Origin: Aigarchaeota archaeon
GTDB taxonomy: Archaea > Thermoproteota > Nitrososphaeria_A > Caldarchaeales > Wolframiiraptoraceae
NCBI GenBank assembly: GCA_025058515.1
Contig: JANXDW010000028.1
Location: forward strand, 3,540 to 67,539
DNA: 64,000 nucleotides
Direction of reading: 5' to 3'
A model generated the notes under the pieces. The model saw only the letters and a program-made list of their open reading frames with translations, ran no database searches and was not told the DNA's origin. The first letter of the stretch is position 1; each line of letters opens with the position of its first letter. The position numbers and the translations under genes are program-made. Of the stretch, positions 19,051 through 28,596 are shown one piece after another.

Positions 19051-21135
19051 GTGGATAAATGGAGGATAGGCATAGACATTGGTGGTGCTTTTACAGATCT
19101 ATACGCTATACATTTAAAGACTGGGGAAAGCGTGTGGAGTAAAGTAGAGTCAACTCCTCCAAATTATGAGATTGGCGTCTTGAATGGTATTGAAGAACTT
19201 GAGAATGTCAACGTATACGTTAGAGATGCTATTCAGATAATTCATGGTCAGACGGTTGTAATAAATACGATTATAACTCGTACAGGTTCAAGGGTAGGGT
19301 TTATCACCACTGAAGGATTTGATACTATAGAGATACAGCGTGCAAATAGGAGAGATATATTCAATTTTCGATATAGTAAGCCGAAGCCATTCGTTTCGAG
19401 AAGTTTAACTAGATGGGTAAAAGAAAGAATAGATGTCGACGGAAGTATATACATACCTCTTAGTGAGAGTGAGGTAAAAGAAGCGGTTAGGAGTCTTTTG
19501 CGAAGTGACGTTGAGTCAATAGCTATAGGATTCATAAATAGTTACATAAATCCGATTCACGAAACGAAAGCGAGAGAGTTAGCTGAAGAAGTTTTCAGAG
19601 AAGAAGGTAAGTCAAAAAATTATGTTACGATTTCTAGTGACTTAAGTAGGGAATGGAGAGAATATGAAAGATTTAATACAGCTATACTAAATGCTTACGT
19701 TCAGCCAGCTTTCGTAAATTATATCGAGAAACTGGAAGAGATATTGAAAAAGAAGGGTTTTAGGGGGACTTTCTACATCACGCTCTCATCTGGAGGTGTT
19801 GTTACTTCAGAATACGCTAAGAAATATCCAATAACTACGATTGAAGGAGGTCCGATAGCCGGAATAATGGGCGGAGTACGTTTAGCATCCCTATTAAATA
19901 TAAAGAATATTATAGTAATTGATGGAGGAAGTACAACAACTAAAGCCGGGATAGCAAAGGATCTTATTCCTAAAGTACATACAGAGTATTGGATTGAGCA
20001 AGATGAATGGAATGCTGGATATCCTTTAAGAGTACCTACTCTAGATATCCATGAAATAGGATTAGGTGGTACGAGTATAATCTACCTAGATGAGCTAGGG
20101 AATCTACGTGTAGGTCCACAAGCAGCGGGTGCTAGACCAGGTCCAGCATGTTACGGGATAGGTGGCAATAAACCTACTTTAACAGATGCATACGTGGTCT
20201 TAGGTTATCTTAATCCTAATTATCTCCTAGGAGGGAAACTGAAAATCGATAGTAAGAAAGCAGTTGAGGTAGTAAGTCAACTTGCAAAGAGTCTGAACCT
20301 AGATTATTGTAAACTAGCGCATGCTGCCATAATTCTAGCTAACGATTATGCAGCCAATCTAATTAGACAGATCTCTATTAAGAGAGGATATGATCCAAGA
20401 GAATTTACATTAATAGCTCATGGAGGTTCGGGACCGATGTTTGCACCATTTATCGCTAAAGAACTAAAAATTCCTCTAATATTAGTCCCATCTATACCTA
20501 GTGGAGTTTTTAATGCATGGGGAATGATAGGGCTAAATATAAGACATGAAGTAATACAGACAAATATTCTCCGTGTAGAAGAAAATGATAGATTCGTTGA
20601 GATAGTGAATAATGTATTTAGTGAAATCCGCAAGAGCATTATAAACATGTTTAAAAGTGAAAATATAGATCCAGAATCAGTTGAGACTTCAGGATATCTA
20701 GACATGAGGTATGAAGGCCAAGCTCATACATTAAAAGTCGAATCTCCATCTACTGAGATAACATTAAAAGATGTACGAGAGATAAAAGAAAGATTCCATC
20801 AAGTTCACTATAATGAATATGGTTTTAAATTACCAGATAGTAACATAGAAATTGTGAGCTTCCATTTAGTAGGAGTTCATAAAGTATCACCTCCAGGAAT
20901 TGAAAGAATAGCTCAGAAAGGAACAATTAAGAATGCATTCCTAGAAGAGAGAGAAATATATGTTGATGGAAGAGAAATAAGGACACCCGTGTATAAAAAA
21001 GAATTACTGCCTCCTCAAATAACACTTAACGGACCTTTAATCATAGAAGGTGATACTTCTACGGTGATAGTTCCTAAAGATTTTAAGATACTTCACGATG
21101 TTTATGGTAATATTCTAATGAAGCCGGAGGCTTGA
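19051..21135 (+). CDS. Hydantoinase/oxoprolinase family, A subunit (HyuA type)
   Basis: 694 aa. N-terminal IGIDIGGAFTD (ASKHA-fold ATPase motif of HyuA/OplA); size and layout fit the family. GTG start. Confidence 0.85.
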   Translation: MDKWRIGIDIGGAFTDLYAIHLKTGESVWSKVESTPPNYEIGVLNGIEELENVNVYVRDAIQIIHGQTVVINTIITRTGSRVGFITTEGFDTIEIQRANRRDIFNFRYSKPKPFVSRSLTRWVKERIDVDGSIYIPLSESEVKEAVRSLLRSDVESIAIGFINSYINPIHETKARELAEEVFREEGKSKNYVTISSDLSREWREYERFNTAILNAYVQPAFVNYIEKLEEILKKKGFRGTFYITLSSGGVVTSEYAKKYPITTIEGGPIAGIMGGVRLASLLNIKNIIVIDGGSTTTKAGIAKDLIPKVHTEYWIEQDEWNAGYPLRVPTLDIHEIGLGGTSIIYLDELGNLRVGPQAAGARPGPACYGIGGNKPTLTDAYVVLGYLNPNYLLGGKLKIDSKKAVEVVSQLAKSLNLDYCKLAHAAIILANDYAANLIRQISIKRGYDPREFTLIAHGGSGPMFAPFIAKELKIPLILVPSIPSGVFNAWGMIGLNIRHEVIQTNILRVEENDRFVEIVNNVFSEIRKSIINMFKSENIDPESVETSGYLDMRYEGQAHTLKVESPSTEITLKDVREIKERFHQVHYNEYGFKLPDSNIEIVSFHLVGVHKVSPPGIERIAQKGTIKNAFLEEREIYVDGREIRTPVYKKELLPPQITLNGPLIIEGDTSTVIVPKDFKILHDVYGNILMKPEA

Positions 21136-21138
21136 GGT

Positions 21139-22884
21139 ATGAGTGAAGAATTGATTTCAATACAAGTGATAAAGAATACTTTAACAAGTATAGTTAAAGA
21201 GATGTTTTGGACGACTGTAAGAGCTGCTAAAAGCAGTATCATATATGAGACGTATGATTTTTCTCCTGCGTTACTCGATGAAGATGGAAATTTGATAGCA
21301 ATAGGTACAGGTGTCCCTAACTTTATAGGAATTATGCCCTTTATTGTAAGATGCGTCTTAGAGGATGTTGAAAGAGAAGGATTAAGCATGGACCCTGGAG
21401 ATATCTTTATTGTTAATGATCCATACAGATCTGGGACTCATCTCAATGATGTTGGATTAGTTATGCCATTATTCTATGATAAAATATTGATCGCTACATC
21501 CGCTATTAAGGGACATATTAATGATGTTGGAGGAATGAATCCGGGAAGCTGGGGTCCAAACGCTGTCGAAATATTTCAAGAAGGATTGATCATACCACCT
21601 ACCCATCTTTATAGAAAGGGAGAACTAAATAAAGAAATCTTAAGAATAATCTTACATAATACAAGGATCCCCGAGTATGTTCATGGAGATATCGAAGCTT
21701 TAGCATCTGCTTTGAGATATGCGCAACGTCGTATTAACGAACTTTGTGAAAAATATGGTGTAAGGATAGTTAAGAAAGCTATAGTTGATAAGGTAGAAGA
21801 GGGTAAGCTGCTAGCAAAAAAGAATCTTGCTAAACTTCCAAAAGGTGAATTCTTTGCAGAAGAGAGAATAGAAAAATATGAGAACATGGAAGAAGATCTC
21901 AGGATTACGGTACGGGTAAAGATAACTGATGATGAATTTATTGCTGACTTCTCAGAGAATCCTCTCCAAGTAAAAGCTCCTATAAATACAACTTACCCTG
22001 GAACTTACGCATCTGTAGCCATAGCATTCGTAGCAGTAACAGATCCACATGTATCTCTTAGCCAAGGATATTTAGATCCCATCGAAGTTATTGCACCTGT
22101 AGGAACCCTTTTTAATGCAACCCCTCCTGCACCCGTCAGCTGTTATTGGGAGACGATGTTCTATGCGGTTGACTTGATATGGAAAGCTTTAGCAATACAT
22201 ATCCCTGATAAGCTTACAGCTGGACACTTCTTATCAGTAGTAAGTGAAACATTAAGTATGATAGATCCAAGAGATGGTAAGTATAAGATATTATGTGAAC
22301 CTAATCCAGGAGGTTGGGGAGCTGGAGTAGATAGAGATGGAGAATCTTGCTTGGTTTCATCTGCTGATGGAGAGACTTATACTCATCCAGCGGAAGTATT
22401 GGAGAGAGAATATCCGATACGTGTAGAATGTATGAAGTTGAATGTTGAGGAAGGCGTAGGTCATGGAAGATTTAGAGGAGGATTTGGACTGAGAAAAGAT
22501 TATAGAATACTTTCCGATGAAGCAGTATTAGTTTGCTCAATTAACAGGATAACTTATCCACCTTGGGGCGTCGAAGACGGAATGGATGGTACCTGCAATC
22601 ACATAGCTATCATTAGAGATGATAACATTATCTGGGATGGAGGGAGAGCATTCAATTTTAAACTAACTAAAGGAGATGTAGTAAGCATTAGAAGTGGAGG
22701 TGGTGGAGGATGGGGGAATCCACTTGAACGCGAACCTGAAAGAGTTCTTGAAGATTACAAGAATAAACTGATTACTTTAGATGTTGCTAAGAACGTTTAT
22801 GGAGTATTGATAGACCCCAAACATCTGAAAGTAGACATTGAGGCAACTAGAAAACTTAGAGAAGCTCTTTTATCGAAAACTTAA
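21139..22884 (+). CDS. Hydantoinase/oxoprolinase family, B subunit (HyuB type)
   Basis: 581 aa. VNDPYRSGTHLNDV is typical of Hydantoinase_B. Starts 4 nt after the HyuA stop. Confidence 0.85.
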   Translation: MSEELISIQVIKNTLTSIVKEMFWTTVRAAKSSIIYETYDFSPALLDEDGNLIAIGTGVPNFIGIMPFIVRCVLEDVEREGLSMDPGDIFIVNDPYRSGTHLNDVGLVMPLFYDKILIATSAIKGHINDVGGMNPGSWGPNAVEIFQEGLIIPPTHLYRKGELNKEILRIILHNTRIPEYVHGDIEALASALRYAQRRINELCEKYGVRIVKKAIVDKVEEGKLLAKKNLAKLPKGEFFAEERIEKYENMEEDLRITVRVKITDDEFIADFSENPLQVKAPINTTYPGTYASVAIAFVAVTDPHVSLSQGYLDPIEVIAPVGTLFNATPPAPVSCYWETMFYAVDLIWKALAIHIPDKLTAGHFLSVVSETLSMIDPRDGKYKILCEPNPGGWGAGVDRDGESCLVSSADGETYTHPAEVLEREYPIRVECMKLNVEEGVGHGRFRGGFGLRKDYRILSDEAVLVCSINRITYPPWGVEDGMDGTCNHIAIIRDDNIIWDGGRAFNFKLTKGDVVSIRSGGGGGWGNPLEREPERVLEDYKNKLITLDVAKNVYGVLIDPKHLKVDIEATRKLREALLSKT

Positions 22885-23071
22885 TCTACACAACTTAACA
22901 TATAATACCTCTTTAAAGTAAATTTAATAATTCTCATTGAGAAACATCTTTAACGGGCTTTATTGATAATTCATATTGAGTTAAGCTTACAAAGATGTAA
23001 AAACAATTCTACAGTAACTACTTGTTAGTGTTATACAAGAAAGCATAAATAAGAGTTTTGCGGGAAAACTT

Positions 23072-25507
23072 ATGATGACAATTTTAAATGAATCTATCGT
23101 CAAAGAAGTTGAGAGAAGAAGAGAGCGGATTAAGCCTTTCAACGAGAGAATTGCGAGATTAAGAGAATTAACAACACAATCTATAGTTAAAGTCTCTGTT
23201 GAAAGAGCTAAACTTTTAACAGAATTTTATAGAGATCATATTCGTGAAGGCTTATCTATTCCTGTTCAGAGAGCTTTGGCTTTTAAGTATTTAATGGAAA
23301 ATGTTTCCCTCCCAGTCGAGCCTGGTCAACTTATCGTAGGGATAAGAGGAACTGGTGTGAACGAAGTTCCAACTTATCCTGAAATTAATCTACATACAGT
23401 TGATGATTTGAAGATATTAAATGAAAGAGAGATCATGCCTTACAAAGTTACCTATGAAGATATTAAGATCTATGAAGAAGAGATAATTCCATTCTGGAAA
23501 GGTAGGACGATTAGAGATATTCTCTTTGTAAATATGTCTCGTGAATGGATAGATGCGTATGAAGCAGGTATATGGACAGAATTCATGGAGCAGAGACCAC
23601 CAGGTCACACGGCTGGTGGGGAAAGAATATTTAAGATAGGTGTTCTTGATATAAAGAAGAGAATTCGTGAAAAGATTTCTCAACTAGATCGTAAAGATCC
23701 AGAGTATCTTGAGAAGCTTGAAGAACTTAAAGCAATGGATATCGTTGCAGATGCGATACTTATCTATGCTGAAAGATATGCTAAATTGCTCTCAGACATG
23801 GCTGAGAAAGAGACTGATTCCGAGAGGAGGAGAGAATTAAAAGATATGGCAGAGATTTGTAGATGGGTTCCTGCAAATGCTCCCAGAACTTTCTGGGAAG
23901 CATTACAGCATTATTGGTTTATTCATGTTGGGATAACTTATGAGACAAATCCATGGGATTCGTTTACCCCGGGTAGGCTCGACTTATGGCTTTATCCATT
24001 TTACAAGAGAGATATTGATGAAGGAAGGCTTACAAGAGAGAAAGCTAAAGAACTGCTTGCATGCTTCTTCTTGAAATTCAATAGTCAGCCAGCTCCACCT
24101 AAAGTAGGTGTAACACATGAGGAAAGCTCAACTTATAATGATTTTTCAAAAATAAATATTGGAGGTATTAGAGAAGATGGTAAATGTAATGTTAATGAAC
24201 TATCCTATCTCATTTTAGAAGTTTATGATGAACTGAGAACTTTACAGCCAAACTTTGCAGTTCTAGTAAGCGAGAAGACCCCTGATAATTTTCTTATACA
24301 AGCCTTAAAGGTTGCTTCTGCAGGTTTCGGTGAACCACCATTCTTCAATCATGATGGAGTTATAGTTAAAATGCTTAGACAAGGTAAGAGCTTAGAAGAC
24401 GCAAGACTTTCAGGGGTTAGTGGATGTGTAGAATCAGGAGCATTTGGAAAGGAAGCATATATATTGACAGGCTACTTTAATCTGCCGAAGATACTTGAGA
24501 TAACATTAAACAATGGTGTAGATCCTAGAACTGGTAAGAAGATAGGTTTAGAGACTGGAAAACCAGATGAATTTAAGAATTTTGAAGAATTATGGAATGC
24601 ATTCTTAAAACAAGTAAAATATTTCCTAGATTTAAAGATGGAGGGGAACGATATTATAGAAGCAATATATGCAAAATACATGCCTGTCCCCTTCCTTTCT
24701 CTATGGATTGAAGATTGCGTAGAGAATTGCAAAGATTATAATGTTGGGGGAGCAAGATATAACACTCAATACATACAGATGGTTGGTCTAGGGACCGTTA
24801 CGGATTCTTTAGTAGCAATAAAGTATCACGTGTTTGAGAATAAAACGTTTACAATGTCAGATATATTAAATGCTTTAGGAAGAAACTTTGAAGGTTATGA
24901 ATTAATGATGGAATTGCTTAGGAATCCTGAAAAGACGCCTAAGTATGGTAATGATGATGACTATGTAGATGATTTAGCTGTAAGAATAGTGAAGACTTTA
25001 AGTGAACTCGTTGAAAGCTACCCACAATCTCCAACAAGGAAAGCTTCAAAGAGAGTCTACTGGCTTCCAACAACAGTCCACGTTTATTTTGGAAAAGTAA
25101 CTGGAGCTACACCTGATGGTAGGAGAGCTGGCTTCCCCGTCTCTGAAGGGATTTCACCAGTTCAAGGAATGGACCGTAAAGGGATCACAGCGACTTTTAA
25201 CAGTGTAGCAAAATGTGATTGGGATAAAACAGGTGGAGCATTGTTAAATGTTAAACTCTCTCCAGAGATATTTGAAGAAGAAAATGTTAAAAAGCTTGTA
25301 CAAGCTATAAGGTCATTCTTCAGACTCGGGGGGCATCATGTACAATTTAACGTAATAAGTACTGAAGTATTAAAAGAAGCTCAAAAAAGACCTAAAGACT
25401 TCCAAGACTTAATGGTTAGAGTTGCAGGATACAGTGACTATTTTGTAAAACTTCCAAAAGCATTACAAGATGAAATAATTGCTAGAGCTGAGAAGAAATT
25501 TATCTAA
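23072..25507 (+). CDS. Glycyl radical enzyme, Cys-x-Glu (eliminase / PFL2-like) class
   Basis: 811 aa. C-terminal glycyl loop MVRVAGYSDYF (Gly codon 25427-25429). Single thiyl Cys in SGCVESG (Cys codon 24425-24427, Glu at +2). Confidence 0.9.
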   Translation: MMTILNESIVKEVERRRERIKPFNERIARLRELTTQSIVKVSVERAKLLTEFYRDHIREGLSIPVQRALAFKYLMENVSLPVEPGQLIVGIRGTGVNEVPTYPEINLHTVDDLKILNEREIMPYKVTYEDIKIYEEEIIPFWKGRTIRDILFVNMSREWIDAYEAGIWTEFMEQRPPGHTAGGERIFKIGVLDIKKRIREKISQLDRKDPEYLEKLEELKAMDIVADAILIYAERYAKLLSDMAEKETDSERRRELKDMAEICRWVPANAPRTFWEALQHYWFIHVGITYETNPWDSFTPGRLDLWLYPFYKRDIDEGRLTREKAKELLACFFLKFNSQPAPPKVGVTHEESSTYNDFSKINIGGIREDGKCNVNELSYLILEVYDELRTLQPNFAVLVSEKTPDNFLIQALKVASAGFGEPPFFNHDGVIVKMLRQGKSLEDARLSGVSGCVESGAFGKEAYILTGYFNLPKILEITLNNGVDPRTGKKIGLETGKPDEFKNFEELWNAFLKQVKYFLDLKMEGNDIIEAIYAKYMPVPFLSLWIEDCVENCKDYNVGGARYNTQYIQMVGLGTVTDSLVAIKYHVFENKTFTMSDILNALGRNFEGYELMMELLRNPEKTPKYGNDDDYVDDLAVRIVKTLSELVESYPQSPTRKASKRVYWLPTTVHVYFGKVTGATPDGRRAGFPVSEGISPVQGMDRKGITATFNSVAKCDWDKTGGALLNVKLSPEIFEEENVKKLVQAIRSFFRLGGHHVQFNVISTEVLKEAQKRPKDFQDLMVRVAGYSDYFVKLPKALQDEIIARAEKKFI

Positions 25508-25526
25508 ATAGAAGGTTACCAATTTT

Positions 25527-26444
25527 ATGATTAAAGGAACAATCTTCAATATACAGAAATTCGCAATTTATGATGGACCAGGTTTAAGGACTTTAATCTT
25601 TATGAAGGGCTGTCCATTAAGATGTTTATGGTGCCAAAATCCAGAAGGATTAACTCTTAATCCTCAGTTAGCATATCATGACCGTATATGCATACATTGT
25701 CATACATGTGTAAAAGTTTGTCAACTTAATGTAATAAAGATAGAAGGAGATGATACTCACATTATAGATAGAGGAAAGTGTAATATGTGTAGAAGATGTA
25801 TTAATGTATGTCCTTCAGGAGCATTATCTGTAATCGGCAGAGAGATCTCTGTAGATGATCTTATTAAAGAGATAGAAAGAGATATGATATATTATGATTC
25901 ATCAGGAGGTGGAGTAACTTTTTCAGGGGGAGAACCACTATTTCAACCACAGTTTCTCTACGAATCTCTTAAAAAATGTAAGGAATTGAGTATACATACT
26001 ACAATTGAAACTTCTGGATATGCAAACCAACAAATATTTAAAAAAATATCTGAGAAAGTAGACTTATTCCTCTATGATGTGAAGATCGTAGATGAGGAAC
26101 TGCATAAAAAGTATACCGGTGTCTCGAATAGAAAGATATTAAGTAATTTAAGATTTTTAGTGATGTCTGGAAGAGGCAAAGACATAATAATCCGGATCCC
26201 TCTAATTCCAACTATTACTGACACTGATGAAAACATTGGTAACATTATGAGATTATTACTGTCGCTAAAAGATATAGAAGAAGTTCATCTCTTACCATTT
26301 CATGATGTTCATGAAAAGTATAATTATCTAGGAATGACGTATAGGATGCCAATCCATCAACAATTAAAAATTGAGAGAATAAAATCTATCAAGGAAGAGT
26401 TTGAAAAGAAAGGATTTTATGTAAGTTTATGGGGTGTTAAATAA
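25527..26444 (+). CDS. Glycyl radical enzyme activating enzyme (radical SAM)
   Basis: CPLRCLWCQNPE (CxxxCxxC) plus two ferredoxin-like motifs, CIHCHTCVKVC and CNMCRRCINVCP. The 305 aa size is typical of long-form GRE activases. Confidence 0.9.
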   Translation: MIKGTIFNIQKFAIYDGPGLRTLIFMKGCPLRCLWCQNPEGLTLNPQLAYHDRICIHCHTCVKVCQLNVIKIEGDDTHIIDRGKCNMCRRCINVCPSGALSVIGREISVDDLIKEIERDMIYYDSSGGGVTFSGGEPLFQPQFLYESLKKCKELSIHTTIETSGYANQQIFKKISEKVDLFLYDVKIVDEELHKKYTGVSNRKILSNLRFLVMSGRGKDIIIRIPLIPTITDTDENIGNIMRLLLSLKDIEEVHLLPFHDVHEKYNYLGMTYRMPIHQQLKIERIKSIKEEFEKKGFYVSLWGVK

Positions 26445-26672
26445 CCTAGTCAAACAACTCAATTTAAATAATTAATAGTCTCTAATATATTAATCATCTT
26501 GTCTCTTTAGAAGAGGGACAAGAAAGATTACAGTTCTAATCTAGATGTCCCGTAGACTATTGATTTTTACATCTACCTATCTTTCAAGATCTTTGATATC
26601 TCAAATCTTTAAAGAGTATGAGTGCGATATCATATAATCTTGTTGCTATAATTAGAGTCGTGATCGAGTTTT

Positions 26673-27176
26673 CTAGAATTTTTTAAACTTTTCTTTAGAT
26701 GCACCGCATATTGGACATTTATCCGGTAGCTCACCTTCTATGGTATATCCACATTTTTCACAAACATATATACTGGTTATCTCGAGGTCTTTTCTCTCCT
26801 CTACCGATTTTAACGCCTTCTTGTAAAGGGTTATGTGCTCTTTCTCTGCTTCTAGGGCCCAGTAGGTTGATAGTTCAGCTTGTTTCTCAGCTTGTAGTTT
26901 AGCTACAGTATTGTATGCTGGATACATTTCTTCAACCTCATAGCTCTCACCTTCTAGAGCCGTACGAATATTATCACTAGTTGTACGGATCATTCCAATA
27001 ACATTGAGATGGTTTGCAGCATGTACTAACTCAGCGTATGCTATTGCTCTAAAGAGTTTAGCTATATTTGGATAACCTTCTTCTTCAGCTTTCTTAGAGA
27101 AGATCATGTATTTCATATGTGCTTGAGATTCACCTGAGAATGCATTCTTAATATTCTCCTTAGTCATAACCTTCAT
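26673..27176 (-). CDS. rbr: Rubrerythrin
   Basis: Ferritin-like di-iron domain (GESQAHMKY, ELVHA, EGESYEVEEMYP) plus C-terminal rubredoxin-like CEKCGY...CPICG. Confidence 0.9.
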   Translation of the reverse strand: MKVMTKENIKNAFSGESQAHMKYMIFSKKAEEEGYPNIAKLFRAIAYAELVHAANHLNVIGMIRTTSDNIRTALEGESYEVEEMYPAYNTVAKLQAEKQAELSTYWALEAEKEHITLYKKALKSVEERKDLEITSIYVCEKCGYTIEGELPDKCPICGASKEKFKKF

Positions 27177-27276
27177 ACAGACCTACACCCTATACACTGA
27201 TATCATATCTTTCATATATATAAGCAATCCCAATCCACAAAGTTTTAGAATACTTTGTATACGTTACCATATCATA

Positions 27277-27369
27277 TGCCGGGGGAGGGATTTGAACCCT
27301 CGACTTCGAGGTTGCATCCAGCATGTGGATTATGAGCCTCGCACTCTAACCAGGCTGAGTTACCCCGGC
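27277..27369 (-). tRNA. tRNA with anticodon CAU (elongator Met, or Ile2 if modified), carrying an 18-nt intron at the canonical 37/38 site
   Basis: Hand-folded cloverleaf. Acceptor GCCGGGG/CCCCGGC plus discriminator A. D stem ACTC/GAGT. Anticodon stem CGAGG/CCTCG with loop CUCAUAA once ATCCACATGCTGGATGCA is removed. T arm GAGGG-TTCAAAT-CCCTC. No encoded CCA. Confidence 0.85.
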
Positions 27370-27548
27370 ATTAGTAACTCTAACCCTTAACTCAATTTTG
27401 GCCTTCTACGAAGTGGGATGATTTCTCAGACGATAATCTAGTTAAGTAGTATATAGCTTTTCGCAGAGAATCTACTAGTTTCAGAAAATATTATTCCTCT
27501 AAGCTTGAGTAGAAAATATTCTAAAAATAATTCTTGAGAGCCTAATGT

Positions 27549-28262
27549 TTATAATCTTTTTCTCTGAATATCTATCTCTTCAATACTCTGATCTATTCTT
27601 CCAATGATTATCTTATCAGCTAGTTTAGGGAATATGCCTGTCTCGAGTACTCCAGCTATAGACCTTAAGACTCTATCTAATCTCTCTGGATCTTCTATCA
27701 ATCCTGCATCAACATCTCCTATAATATTTCCATTCTCGCTTATTACTGGCCCCATCTTACCAGTAGACTCTCTTAACCTTAACTTAAGATTCATCTTATC
27801 TAGAGTCTTCTTAATATGTGGGTAAGCGTCTTCTAAGATCTCAATAGGTATAGGTATGTTCAATCTATCTACAAGCTTCATGTAATCTCCTATGAAGATC
27901 ACTTTCTTAGATGCTTGCGCAATTACTTTCTCCATCATCATTGCTCCACCACCTCCCTTGATAGCATCTCCATTTCTATCTACTTGGTCAAAACTATCGA
28001 TCATTAAATCTGGTTCAGGGTGCTCATAGAGGCTAGTGACTTGGAGTTGATTCTCTAAGAGTATCTGTCTAGATTGGAATGATGTTGGTATAAAGAAGAT
28101 GGTGAACTCATTTTCTTGAATTTTCTTCTTTATATAATTGACTGCTTGAGCCATGGTTGAGCCTGTTCCGAAACCCACTACCATCCCGTCTTTGATATAC
28201 TCTATCGCTTTTAAGATAGATGATTCTCTAGCTCTCTTTAATTCTTCTGACATTATCCGCAA
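27549..28262 (-). CDS. rpiA: Ribose-5-phosphate isomerase A
   Basis: GFGTGSTMAQAV and DQVDRNGDAIKGGGGAMMMEKV match RpiA signature regions. Confidence 0.85.
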   Translation of the reverse strand: MRIMSEELKRARESSILKAIEYIKDGMVVGFGTGSTMAQAVNYIKKKIQENEFTIFFIPTSFQSRQILLENQLQVTSLYEHPEPDLMIDSFDQVDRNGDAIKGGGGAMMMEKVIAQASKKVIFIGDYMKLVDRLNIPIPIEILEDAYPHIKKTLDKMNLKLRLRESTGKMGPVISENGNIIGDVDAGLIEDPERLDRVLRSIAGVLETGIFPKLADKIIIGRIDQSIEEIDIQRKRL

Positions 28263-28515
28263 TCTCCTTCACCTCTTCCCTTAATCTCCTCAACCTATCG
28301 ACTATATCTTCTAGATTCTCTACATCTTCTCTATTCTTTAAACTATCTCTTAACCTCTCTAATACTTCATGGTCTAGTAAAGATTGAGTTAACTGCTTCT
28401 CATTACTCTTCTCAATAAGCTTCAAAGTCTTCATATAAAAGAAGATGAATAGTGATGTAGTTGTTGTGAATACTATTATTGGTATAAAGAATAAGAGAGA
28501 AGGATAATCAACCAT
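28228..28515 (-). CDS. Hypothetical small membrane-anchored coiled-coil protein
   Basis: 95 aa with one N-terminal TM helix followed by a charged heptad-like tail. No recognisable family. Its 3' end overlaps the rpiA start. Confidence 0.4.
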   Translation of the reverse strand: MVDYPSLLFFIPIIVFTTTTSLFIFFYMKTLKLIEKSNEKQLTQSLLDHEVLERLRDSLKNREDVENLEDIVDRLRRLREEVKEIADNVRRIKES

Positions 28516-28596
28516 GTATACTGATTAGGTTCAAGATTATTAAAACCTTCTCTAACAATATTTTAAAATGGATGAAAGTAGGATCTCTTTAGGCTG

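Noticed and set aside
23072-25507. Calling the glycyl radical enzyme a pyruvate formate-lyase
   Set aside because: The active site has a single Cys followed by Glu at +2 (GCVE) rather than the adjacent Cys-Cys pair of PFL, and the activase is the long ferredoxin-containing form.
26497-26523. Imperfect hairpin (TCTTGTCTCT...AGGGACAAGA) between the convergent activase and rubrerythrin genes as a terminator
   Set aside because: The stem has a mismatch, and archaeal termination mainly uses T-tracts. Not enough support to annotate it.
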